DNA from: Octopus vulgaris
Taxonomy: Eukaryota
Direction: 5' to 3'
DNA: 64,000 nt
NCBI GenBank assembly: GCA_951406725.2
Contig: OX597818.1
Span: forward strand, 97,340,001 to 97,404,000
Shown here: positions 52,301 through 64,000 of the stretch, piece after piece
Numbering within the stretch: the stretch's first letter is position 1
Layout: each line of letters opens with the position of its first letter
The notes under the pieces: model-generated
The model's database searches: none
What the model saw: the letters and a program-made list of their open reading frames with translations, nothing else
What the model was told of the DNA's origin: nothing
Position numbers and translations under genes: made by a program

Positions 52301-54285
52301 TGTTGATTTGATGGAGGAAGAGAGCTAATGTACAGCACAAGCATTTAATTGCTATAAACAATCTATGCAACTGAAACTCTTGAAGGCAGTGCCCTGGCAT
52401 GGCCACAGTCTAATGACTGAAACAAGTAAAAGATATATACAAATGTGTGTGTGTGTGTGTGTGTATGTGTGTGTGTGTGTATATGTGTGTATGTTTGTGT
52501 TGTGTGTGTGTGTGTGTGTGTATATGATTTTATCAAGTCTTCCATTTGGATTCTCTTTTTCAGTATGATGAGAAATGAATTTTTCAGAAGTAAATTATCT
52601 TCCACTGTTCCCAATGATAAATGGTTACATTCTCTCTATTTGTCTTTTCTGTATTTCTTAACCTTTCAAAACTTATTTAAATGTTAAAGGCATTCCCAAC
52701 TTAAATGCTTACATCTATATTTACTTATTTATATTTGCTATGTAAAAATCTGTAGTTCTTGAACGAAGCAACACACATAAAATGATGAAGAGATTCTTGT
52801 TTCTTAACAAAATACCTTGTATTTCATAATGTGACGAAAGATTCTCTTGTTTGTCTTTGCCCTACTTTAAAAAAAAACAAGAAAAAAGTTAATGTACTGG
52901 GTCTACATTGAAGTGGATAACCCAGTGTTTTATAATATTCTGATAACTCAGTTTGTGATTTGTGAATTTCTAGGTTATTTTTCAGAGGAATTGGAAAGAG
53001 TTGAGAAATGTTAGACTTAAAGCTTTTATCTTAGTGATGTTTGGAGGTTTTGTTTATATGGCCAGAATGTGCTAGATTTCCATAAACTACTCAGAAATGT
53101 AGTGAAGAGGTTAATTTTGTTGATGTCTATTTTTATGTTGTTAATCTGTGAACATTTTTGTTGAACTGTATGACAACATTGTATCTTAAAGTAGTGATTT
53201 GTATCAACTGCTGTTGTACTGTAAAGTATAATTAAGAAAGTGACGAATTTCTAATGAGTGGTTACTTCTAAGTACACTTCAGAAGTAGAATGTTTTGGCA
53301 ATAATGGCAAAGACTCACCTAAAAACTTTAAACTTTTGCATAAATAAGCAATCAAAAAACTTTTTTAATTGTTTTTGGTAACGGGTCCTTTTCAGGAGTT
53401 TTGAAACTTAAAGCTACAGTTGGATTAATAGATTGTTTCTTTCTACTATAGGCACAGGGCCTGAAATTTGAGAGTAGGTTAGTAGTTGATTACATTGACC
53501 CCAGTGTTCAACTGGTACTTATTTTATCAACTCCAAATGGATGAAAAGCAAAGCCAATTTTGGCAGAATTTGTACTCAGAACATAAAGCTGGTAGAAATG
53601 CCATAAAGCATTCTGTCCCATGTGCCAACGATTCTGTCAGCTCACTACCTTAACATTTGAGTTAATATTACGATTGATAATATTAATTCCAAATTACAAG
53701 AAGTAAATAATATAAAACTTCAATATCATATTAAAGTTACTTTCAGTCATCTACACTCTGCTCTGGCTGGTAGTACTTCTAGTTTTACTACTTTAACATT
53801 TTTTAGTTTAATCTATGACATTTTGAACCCCTATCCTTAATTCTACCATTTATTTTATCAATTTTCTGTTTGCTTTTTAATTATTGCCTAATTAAATAAC
53901 TTAGTACTTGCTTAATTGTTATAAACTTTGGACATTGGATACCACAGAATAATTTTTTACTCAGCATGTATAAAAGTTCTAAAAATCATTTTGCAAAATA
54001 TAAAGTTTCCGCATCAGAAATGAATTGTATTTAAACTGAAACTTTACATGTTATTTAAAAAATGTCTTTTTTTCTTTGAAGTGGTACTTGAAGGTAAGTA
54101 AAAAAAAAAAAAAAAAAAAAATAATAAATAAAGCTAATGTAGCAATTGTACAAGTGTGGTTTATACTGATGTCTATTAAATAATAATTATGCCTGTTGTC
54201 TTTGATGTTACTAAAATGCTTTATAGCTATTTTTAGCTTCATCTATCTATATAAGTTGTGTATTTTCAATTTGTATCTATTTCAG

Positions 54286-54696
54286 CCACAAGTAATATTC
54301 CACTGTCGAGTCCTCAGAGCAATGGAGATTTCGTACCTAAAGGCAGTGTCACTCAGACTGCTGTATCCAAGATTGACACAATTCGCTCATGGAGCTTGAA
54401 TACATACAAATGTACTCGTCAACTTTTATCTGAAAAATTTGGCAAGGGTTCGCGAACTGTAGATCTGGAGTTGGAAACTCAGATCGAAGCTTTGCGTGAA
54501 ACACAACGCAAATATTGCAACATTTTGCGTTTGGCACGTTCTCTAACCAATCATTTCTATTATGTGGTGCAAACTCAAAAAGCCCTTGGAGAATCTTTCT
54601 CTGAGTTAGCTGCAAAATCTCCAGATCTCCAGGAGGAATTTACTTACAATTCTGAAACACAGAGAACACTAAGTAGAAATGGTGAAGTACTATTGG
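54286..54696 (+). CDS. ARFIP: Arfaptin coding exon: amphipathic helix and start of AH/BAR domain
   Basis: Translation [45 protein letters not shown]...[23 protein letters not shown] is recognisably arfaptin. Acceptor tttcag|C and donor G|GTAAGT, phase 1 to 1. Confidence 0.95.
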
Positions 54697-54883
54697 GTAA
54701 GTAAATTATTAACTTGTTGTTCCTGTTATTTTATATTTTTGTTACAGTATGTAATTAAAATTGTAGTTTAACACTTGAGTTTACTTCTAAAATTTTTTTT
54801 TGTCTGGAAACTGTTATGAAGTGACTGGATTGTTTTATGGACTTGTTTCTATGGCCTTTTTAATCTTTGTCTCTTCTTTCTAG

Positions 54884-54977
54884 GTGCCATGAATTTTTTT
54901 ACTTCTTCTGTGAACACACTATGCAATAAAACTATGGAAGACACTCTACTTACAATAAAACAGTATGAAAATGCTAG
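54884..54977 (+). CDS. ARFIP: Arfaptin coding exon ([31 protein letters not shown])
   Basis: Acceptor ctcttctttctag|G and donor AG|GTTAGT, phase 1 to 2. Conserved arfaptin AH-domain sequence. Confidence 0.95.
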
Positions 54978-56035
54978 GTTAGTTAATGATGTTCTAATTA
55001 TTGCTTTTTGTATTTTATTTATTTTCTATTTTAGAAATGCACTGAATTATCGTAATCTAGCTAACATTTGAAGATTTTCAATTTCTTTGCCAATATTTCA
55101 TGTCATTGTTGAGTGCAGCTCATTGTTTTCTTCTCACTGCTAACTGCACGTGAGTATAGTCCATAATTGTAAAATACTAATTGCTATGTAACTAACAAAT
55201 GTATTTTATTAGTTTATAGTGTTAATCCTTGAGCCTCCCATGGGAAGAAAATCATCATTGTAAACATTATAAAAGCTACAATATACTCAAGCATACTTTA
55301 CTGTGTGGGATGTTTTCAGAGAAGTGTGGTTTACTGTGGAATTAGTAAATGAAAGATTATAGTAAAATTAAGTTCATTTTTCTGTTATTCATAAAAAGAA
55401 AATTTCCAGTTTAGAAACTTGGGTTTTCATTTCAGAACCTTTACTAGTTAAGTCTTTTGTTACCTTAATTCTGTTGAATTACAGTGCCATTGTTTCAATT
55501 CATTTCGAAAATAATGAAGGATTTGGTAAAATAATTTGGTCATTATTGTTTGGGATATAAACTAACCTAAAATTTTGATGGAAGTCTTAATTTAGATCAT
55601 TTTAGAACAAGAAGCTTGTCATAAACCCAAGGGCAGCCTCAGGTAGGTTGGTATCAAAAGGGTTAATTAAAAATTTTGGCTTACATGTTACTGCAATTTG
55701 AACAATTGATAATTTTATTATAGGGTGGCAAAATCTAGAAACCTGTTCATATTGATTACTTAAATTCCATGCAATACATTTGCAATGCCTTAGATTAGCA
55801 AGACTGCAGGACTGGAAAAGTGGCTTCACTCTAAATTTGCTATTACATTACGATTATATGATAGGATGGGTAGCATCATTAAAATGCATACTCTCTAGCA
55901 ATATATGTAAATGTAGATATTTGTAGAACTAGTCAAACATGTCTAGTTTGTTTTGTTGATTATGGTTATATTTAAACCTAAATCATTTCGTGTTGGAATT
56001 GTTAGTTGTTTTTATCTATGATTTTCTTTTTCCAG

Positions 56036-56210
56036 ACTGGAATATGATGCATATAGAAATGACCTTGAGTTTGCTCAAATGGGACCACGAGATAGCAATT
56101 CTATACCCAAAGTTGAAGATGCCAAGACCAAGTTTGAAGAACATAAACAAAAATATGAATCTCTACGTGCTGATGTAGCCATCAAGCTAAATTTTTTGGA
56201 AGAAAATAAG
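56036..56210 (+). CDS. ARFIP: Arfaptin coding exon (LEYDAYRNDLEFAQMGPRD...YESLRADVAIKLNFLEENK)
   Basis: Acceptor ttttctttttccag|A and donor AAG|GTAAGA, phase 2 to 0. Translated by hand because the ORF track shows a different frame. Contains arfaptin motifs R.EYDAYR.DLE and LR.DV.IKL.FLEENK. Confidence 0.95.
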
Positions 56211-57180
56211 GTAAGATAACAGTTTGATTCCTAAAAAAAATTTCAAATGAAAAAACAATTGAGTTATGTGTGTTGCACTTGCACAAAAGTTATGACACAA
56301 GGAATTAACGCATCCATCATCATCATCGGTTAATGTCTGCTTTCCATGCTAGCATGGGTTGGACGATTTTAACTGAGGACTGGCAAACCAGATGGCTGCA
56401 CCAGGCTCCAATCTTGATCTGGCAGTGCTTCTACAGCTGGATGCCCTTCCTAACACCAACCACTCCGAGAGTGTAAGGGTGCTTTTACGTGCCACCAGCA
56501 TGAGAGCCAGTCAAGCGGTACTGGCAGCGGCTACCCTCAAATGGTGTTTTTTACATGCCACCTGCACAGGAGCCAGTCCAGCGTCACTGGCAGCGGCTAA
56601 TTAATCTAATACTGAAAATATTTACAGAGAACAAGTTATGTATTTTCAATTTATTATTTACCCTATGATCCTCCACACTTTTCTCTCCCTTCTTTGACTC
56701 TCTCAAGATTCCTCTCTATCCTAGTAAGTATTCCTTTTCCCTCATTCCTTCTCTCTATAGTCACCTATTATAGTGTTGGATAGCCCTAACCTCTCCTTAC
56801 ACAATCACCCTATCTCCCTTTCATCTTTTTCCCTCCCTTTTTCTCAATCCTTTCATTCTCCCCTGTTCGCTGCTGTACTCCTCCATTTTCTCCTCTTATT
56901 TACCCTCCCTTATCTTTGTACCTTGGCTCATTGCCCGCTCTCTCTCTTTTTTGCTCTCCTTCAGTTATTGTGACCACATTTGACCAATGATGCGGCAATC
57001 ATTATTTAGTGTGGGTGCCACAAAGAAAGCACCCAGTGCAATCTGTGATTGGCATTAATAAATGCATCCAGGCATAGAAACCATACCAAAGTACACATTG
57101 GTGCATGGCACAGCCCTCCACCTTGTCAGATCCTGTCAAACTGCCCAGCTCATGCCAGCACGGAAGCTGAATGTTAAATA

Positions 57181-57891
57181 ATAATAATCCTTTTTATTAT
57201 TTGTACAAAGCCTAGATTTTTGTGGGGATGGGGACAATCAATCACATCCCCAGTACTTAACTGGTACTTAATTTATTGACCCTGAAAGGAGGAAAAGCAA
57301 AGTCGACCTCAGCAGAATTTGAACTCAGAATGTAGTGACAGATGAAATACTACCAAGCATTTCACCCAGTATTCTAACAATTCTGTCAGCTCGTTACCCT
57401 AATAATAATAACAGTAGTAATGATAATATTAATAATGATTTCAAATTTTTCCACAAGGGCAGCATTTTTGGGGAAGGATTGAGTTGATTACATCAACCCC
57501 CCACCCCACCCCAGTGTTCAACTGGTACTTTTATATTGGTCCTGAAAGGATGAAAGATAAAGTTGCCCTCAGTAGAATTTGAATTCAGAATATGGCAATG
57601 GGCGAAATACTGCTAAGCATTTCACCTGGCACACTTACAATTCTACCAGCTCATTAGTAGTAAATAGATAGTGGATTGGTAGAATTGTTAGAGCTTTGGG
57701 TGAAATGACTTGTAGAACTTGTTCCAGCTCTTTATGTTCTGGGTTCAAATCCTTCCAAAGTCAACATTGCTTATCATCTTTTTGGGTTGATGAACAAAGT
57801 GCTACTAAAGTACTGGGGTCAATCTAATCGGCTAATCCTTTCCTTTACAACTTCAGGCCTTGTTTCTGCCTTAGAACCCAGTATTATTATT

Positions 57892-57923
<32 letters not shown>

Positions 57924-58378
57924 TGAAGGTGGTGAGCTGGCAGTCATTAGCATGCCAGGCAAAACGCTTAATGGTATTTCATCTGTCACTATGTTCTGAG
58001 TTCAAATTCTGCCTTTTGACTTTGCCTTTCATTCTTTTGGGGTTGATAAATTAAGTACTGGTGAAACACTGGGGTCGATGTAATTGACTAGTCCCCCTCC
58101 CCAAATTCCAGGCCTCATGTCTATGGTAGAAAGGATTATTATTATTATTTTCATTGAAGGTGGTGAGCTGGTAGAGTTGTTAGCATGCCAGGCAAAATGC
58201 TTAGTGGTATTTCGTCTGTTGCTATGTTCTGAGTTCAAATTCTGCTGAGGTCAACTTTACCTTTCATTGATAAATTAAGTACTAGTGAAACACTGGGCTT
58301 GATGTGATTTAGTCCCCTCCCACAAAACTTCAGGCCTTGTGCCTATAATAGAAAGCACTATTATTATTATTATTATTA
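57181..58378. mobile_element. Cluster of five SINE family B copies (two minus, then three plus)
   Basis: Minus copies at about 57181-57400 and 57436-57652; plus copies at about 57670-57900, 57924-58150 and 58155-58378, with (ATT)n/(ATC)n tails between them. Confidence 0.8.
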
Positions 58379-59263
58379 CAAATACTCCTGACTATTTTTA
58401 TGTTTTGCAACTGAGTCCTAAGTCTGAAACTGAAGCCAAACTAAGCTGTTACTGTTTATTTTGCTATGTGTATTGCTTAGTGATAATAGATATCCTGATG
58501 AAAGTTATTGAATTCTTATCATTATGACTGTACCTAGTGAAGCAGATCAGCAATAGGACATATTCCATCACATACAATGTATTGCTTGAACTTGCTCTTT
58601 ACAGAGGCAGTGTATTTTTTTGTTTAGTTTATGAAGCCACTGCATATTATTTCACATATTTTGTCTTTATAAATAAAATATTGTCCTTTTTACAAACACT
58701 ATTGCATAAAACATTCAAGTTTATCCTGCTTCAGTCCCCATAGTAAGCCTCTCTCATACAAATTGTTGCTTTACTATCCATGTGATGGCCATGGCTCCTT
58801 GGCTTCTCATGGAGTCACAGAGGTGCAATCATGACATATGGTGTATCCTGGGCATTTTAAGATCTGTTGGAGCCCATTCCTCGCTAGGTCTGACCACAGT
58901 CAATTTCTTCCAGGAAGAGAGAGATAAACAGAATGAAAGAGAGAGAGAAAAGGAGAGAATTTACCCCATACAGGTCTTAGTTCCTCCTGCTCCTAACGGA
59001 ACATTGGGTGATGAGCTGCCTCCACTGAGTGCAATCTATTACAGCTGCTTTTGCATCATTCTAGGTCTATTGCTGTTCCTGTAAGTCCTCATGGACCTGT
59101 TTTTGGGTGGTCTTCCTCTCCCTTGTTTACTACCAGCTGATGTCCTTGTCAACCCCAGTACAGGACTGGTACTTTATTTATTGATCCCCAAAAGGGTGAA
59201 AGGCATAGTTGACCGTGACAGGGTTTCATCTCAGAAAACAAACAGCTGGAATGAATACCTTAA

Positions 59264-60351
59264 CCCCTTCGTTACTATATTTCTGACCAAAATACACCCC
59301 TTATGTGTTTCAATTAATTTCTAATATAATCATAAATTTAGTCTGGTTTCATTAAACAACTATGACTTTTTTATTTATCAATATATTAATGTGATTTTTG
59401 GAAGATAATTTAATGAAATGTTCTCAACCAATTCTATACTATAATTTTTGTCACAAAGTGACTCTAATTGCAGGTAGATACAGGTAAATTCAACAAAATA
59501 TAAGATTATTAAAATTTTGTTCAAACATCGCTATAGAAAATGGGTTATTAGCTAATATTCAATTGGGTATACAACAAAATTTTACGATAGAATTTGTTAT
59601 TCTGGGTAACTTTCTGATACCCATAATAATATTTATGGCAAAATAGTCTTAATTTCATTTAAGGTTGTGGGAGACCACTAACTATCCTTTCTTTCGCTTT
59701 GTTTACATTTAGCGTAACGGTTCGTTTCCGCCGTAATGATTTCAAATAGGCTCATTCGAAAAAGTAAAAAGAAATAGTCTAAGGCTTTACTCTCCGGGGA
59801 AAGTCTGTGGCTTGGTCCAGTTTCTTCAGAAAAATCACCGAAAGAAACAGTTTTTAAATTTTCACTCCATTCAGGTGCCAATTTATTTTCTTTATCGCTG
59901 TTGGAGCTCTCAGATTCACTGTTTTCACTTTTGGAAAATGAAACATCAGATTCATTATCAAATACCACGTGCTTTTTTTTTTTCAGTCATAGAGTTAGAT
60001 TTATGAAGGTCTTCAGTAGAAAATCCTTCGAATTCTGACTCACTGCTTGATATAATGAAATTCCTATTCATTTTTTGTCAGAATTACAAATTTTGAAAAC
60101 ACAATAGAAACAAATTTCGGAAAAAAATCTCCCAAAATTCACGGAATTAAAATTACACTTCGATCGTTGTACAAAACTGTAGATGAACTGTTTACGAAGT
60201 ATAATCACATGTTTTCACGAATGTACTAAAGAGATTTGCTCTGATATTCTCATTTAAATATGTATAGGTAAATACGGGCGGGTTTGTGCAGCTTGGTCAC
60301 ATTAACCAAAATTTTTTTCGGGCGGCTTTGGGCGGTTTGGTAACAAAAGGG
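59264..60351 (-). mobile_element. Internally deleted piggyBac transposon with N-terminal transposase remnant
   Basis: TTAA|CCCCTTCGTTAC ... GTAACAAAAGGG|TTAA. ORF 59678-59968(-) has an acidic/Ser-rich N-terminus and ALDYFFLLF...IITAETNRYA, typical of piggyBac transposases. Confidence 0.88.
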
Positions 60352-61629
60352 TTAAGGCAGTGATTTGGTGTTCTACTGACTTAGCAAACTTAACTTACTC
60401 ATGAGATGGTAAATTATGAAAAATTTTATTGGAGACAGCGGGATTTTATTAAATTTTGCCCTTCAGCTGTTGCGTGGTACACTGAGTTATATACACAAAT
60501 TGGTATAGGGACAGCAATGTAATTTGTTATGTGTTGAATATTTGTGTCGCATGGGCTTAGGAAGTTTGTTTTGCAGGCATGTGATTTAGGGCATGCTGTG
60601 ACTGTGAACAAGCACCTTGAACAAGTATTTTCTATGGTAACCCAGGGCCTGTGTGTGCATATGTGCACGTATATATATCATGATCATGCACAGTGTAGTC
60701 CTAGGTCGATTGTATCCTGTCAAAGTATCCAACCCATGGAACATTAACATTAAATAATGATGATGATTGTGTGCATAAGTGTGTGTGTTTATGTATTTGC
60801 ATACATTTGTGTCTACAAAAGTTACTCACTCCAAGTGATGTTGCTTGTCATTTTTCTATCAATAAATCATCTGTTTGCTTTGCGCCCTTGAAGACGTGTG
60901 AAATAAATGATCCCTTAATTGTGAACAGGTTAGGGTTAGAGACAAGAAGGGCATCCAGCTATAAAAACGATGCCACAATAATATAAATTTCTAACCCATT
61001 CTAGCATGGAAAAACAGATGTAGAAATGAACACTGAACCTTCTTTCTCCTGAGTGGTAGAGTTATCAATGCCCTAATTCAAATTAATTACTAAAATGCTT
61101 ATCAGCTTACTGGTTTTAGGAAAAATAAAACTGATGCCACTCTTACAAATATTTGTCACATATTTCACCTGTTATCCTTTTGTAAGTGTCTTATATGGAA
61201 CAAATACTAAGATGGACTGGCATTATACTCTTTCAACTTGTATTTACTTAATTGTCTAAATAATTACGTACTAAGTTTATTTAACTTACCATTCACAAAT
61301 CCTTAAGTGACAATTCTATTATTATTATTATTAAAAATTTGTTTTCAATATAAAGCAACAACATTACAAATATAATTGTACGTAATTAATAAGATTCAGT
61401 GCAATCTATCATGTATGATATATAATTTTTCTTAGAAGCACACCTTTCTGGAGCTTGTGCTTTTGTTTATCTTTCCACAAAATATTAACCCAGATCAGTT
61501 CAAAATAAATCTTAACTATCATTTCATCTAAATCACAATTCTCTTTTAATCTAAAAAAAATAGTCAATCTAAAACGGTCAAGTCAAAAAACTCCTGGACT
61601 TGTTATTTTTAATAAAAAAATTACTTATT

Positions 61630-61850
61630 TACTCTTTTACTTGTTTCTGTCATTTGACTGTGGCCATGCTGGAGCACCGTCTTTAGTCGATCAAATAGAG
61701 CCCAGGACTTATTCCTTGTAAGCCTAGTACTTATTCTATCGGTCTCTTTTGCCAAACCAGGAAAGTTACGGGGCCGTAAACACACCACCATCGGTTGTCA
61801 AGCGATGTTGGGGAGGACAAACACAGACACACAAACAAACACACACACAT

Positions 61851-61919
<69 letters not shown>

Positions 61920-62082
61920 CGACCGGCTTCTTTCAGTTTCTGTATATCAAATCCACTCACAAGGCTTTGGTCGGCCCGAGGCTAAAGTAGAAGACACTTG
62001 CCCAAGGTGCCACACAGTGGGACTGAACCCGAAACCATGTAGTTCGTAAGCAAGCTACTTACCACACAACCACTCCTACGCC
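61630..62082 (-). mobile_element. Full-length tRNA-derived SINE (family A) with internal (CA)n(TA)n
   Basis: Reverse complement of the element at 33839-34223. Confidence 0.85.
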
Positions 62083-62114
62083 TAGCTACTTACCACACAG
62101 TCACTCCTTCCTAA

Positions 62115-62930
62115 GTTTTAACATAGTTTCCTTTGAAATAGTCACCTTGTGTAGCAATACACTGGTCCCAGCATTCCTGTCACTTTTGGAATCCAGCCCA
62201 GAAGTAATTTTCCATAAGCAAGTTGAGGACCTTCTACAATTTGCTCTTGATCTCAACAATGGTATTAAAACAGCAACCTTCGAGCTGCATTTTCATCTTG
62301 GGGGATGAGATCGAAGTCTGCAGGTGCTAAATCTGGCAAATAGGGTGGGTGCAAAAGTGATACTATGTTGTTTTTGGCAAGAAGCTCACAAGTGAGGTGA
62401 GCTTAGTGATAGGATACATTCGTGAAGAATCCAATTCTTTGTGCTCCATAGATCTGGTCGCTTTCACCAAATGTCCTCCCTGAAATGCTTCAAAGCATCA
62501 TTAATTGTCCTCCAATGGTCCTCATACACAAGCTGATGAATTTTCTTCGCATATCTGGGGGTAATGCTTGTGGCAAGTCTTCCAGATCACTCATCGTTTT
62601 CCAGGGACATTCTTCTCCTTTTGAAGTGCCTGTGTTGCTTGAAACATTGCATACGATCCATTGCCTCATTACCATAAGCTTGCTGAAGCATGTTCAATGT
62701 CTTTGTAGCAGACTTGCCAAGTTTAATACAAAATTTTACATGGGTTCTTTGTACCTGTCCTTGACAAGAATTGCAGACTCCAGCCAACACGTGATTATAA
62801 AAACACAACTTTTACAATTTGCGAAGTAAACACTGTGATGTCACTCAACACACTGCCTCATGAAGGTCACTGCTAGGTCTCACTGCACATGTAACCATAT
62901 CTGTTGGCGTGCTACAGAAACTTGCCTGGG
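62115..62930 (-). mobile_element. Mariner transposase pseudogene
   Basis: ORF 62587-62808(-) QRTHVKFCIKLGKSATKTLNMLQQAYGNEAMDR...FKRRRMSLEND is a mariner N-terminal HTH. The C-terminal like sequence near 62125-62170 resembles CIA.QGDYF.G. Confidence 0.8.
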
Positions 62931-63407
62931 AATAGTCATTGGTATAGATTTCTGTGCAGTTCATGATACTCATAAATAAATGGCAGTTAGGCAACAATTG
63001 TCGTCATTATTGAGTTGCTAAGATCTTGATGAATTGTTTATAACCTACTTTTAATTCCTAGTTGCAATCGTTTCCTTAGTATGTTAATGACTTCCTTGAA
63101 GAAATATTATGACTGTTGTATTTTCCTATCTTCTGAAAATATTCATGGCTTCAGGCTGGTATAAGCAATCTTCAATGTTGTTGTCATCATCATCATCACC
63201 AACAATAACAACGAGGTGGTGGTGAGCTGGCAGAATTGTTGGAATATTTCTTCCAGCTATTAATATTCTGAGTTCAAATCTTGGCATGGTCAGCTTTATT
63301 TTTCATCTTTTGAAGACCATAAAATAAAGTTCTAACCGAGTACTGGGGTTGATGTAGTTGACTTACTCGCTCTCCTCAAAACTGCTGACCTTGTGCCAAA
63401 ATTATTA

Positions 63408-63897
63408 TTATTGAGTGAGAGCACAGTGCATGCCATCAAAGTGACACTGGGGTAAAATATACAATGCCTAGTATACTCATCATAACTACCTGTCTGATAA
63501 GGGTACACTAGGCACAAACATCACAATCATATGTGCACAACATGGTGATCTCATATCAAGATAAACAGTGCATGACCTTGCAGGTGGGGCCCAGTTAGAA
63601 TTTTCTTAAGGTCAAGTAGCCCATCCTGCTCAAAAGGTCCCTGGATAAGGGTTGTTTAAGGATGTTGGATGAAACACCCATGTTTCCAATGGTGTATTAT
63701 CCAAAGAATTCCTCTCAACACATGGCTATGATGCTCCCCCACTACTGCTCATGATCAGAGATGCACATATCATCAGTCACCAAAGAACATGCTCAGTTGG
63801 TTGCGGTCAAACAACTGACAAGCAAATCTGAGGCATTGAGCAGAATATTTGCTGTAGCCCATCTTTTATACCAAGACAAAAGAATGTACATGATAAC
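63408..63897. mobile_element. Unclassified interspersed repeat bounded by (ATT)n
   Basis: GC-richer block between ATT-repeat SINE tails. There is no second copy in the window, so the call is inferential. Confidence 0.3.
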
Positions 63898-64000
63898 TTA
63901 TTATTATTATTAAAAATAGTAAGATTGTGGATTGGTAGAATTGTTAGCATTCTGGGCTAGATGCATAGTGACATTTCATCCATCCTTATGTTCTGAGTTC

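Noticed and set aside
56211-64000. Final arfaptin exon (expected KVM.KQL.LFHNA motif)
   Set aside because: Not found by eye in the remaining sequence; probably downstream of the window.

Overview
AT-rich, repeat-dense animal genomic DNA. The SINE families and microsatellite load suggest an octopus or other coleoid cephalopod (inference). The window lies almost entirely inside one + strand gene encoding arfaptin (ARFIP, AH/BAR domain). Four coding exons splice in frame (11736-11973, 54286-54696, 54884-54977, 56036-56210); the last exon was not found and presumably lies beyond the window. The 42-kb first coding intron holds two frame-preserving candidate cassette exons missed by the ORF track: a 9-nt microexon at 31846-31854 with a UGC-type acceptor, and an 81/99-nt exon starting at 40199. 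The rest is transposon-derived: tRNA-derived SINEs, RTE-type LINE remnants, two non-autonomous Helitrons, pogo, Tc1, mariner and piggyBac remnants and MITEs, a Penelope remnant, and several fold-back inverted repeats. The Penelope remnant and two of the fold-backs carry minimal hammerhead-ribozyme-like cores. Most listed ORFs are microsatellite or repeat artefacts. Repeat boundaries were read by eye and are approximate unless defined by TSDs or TIRs.
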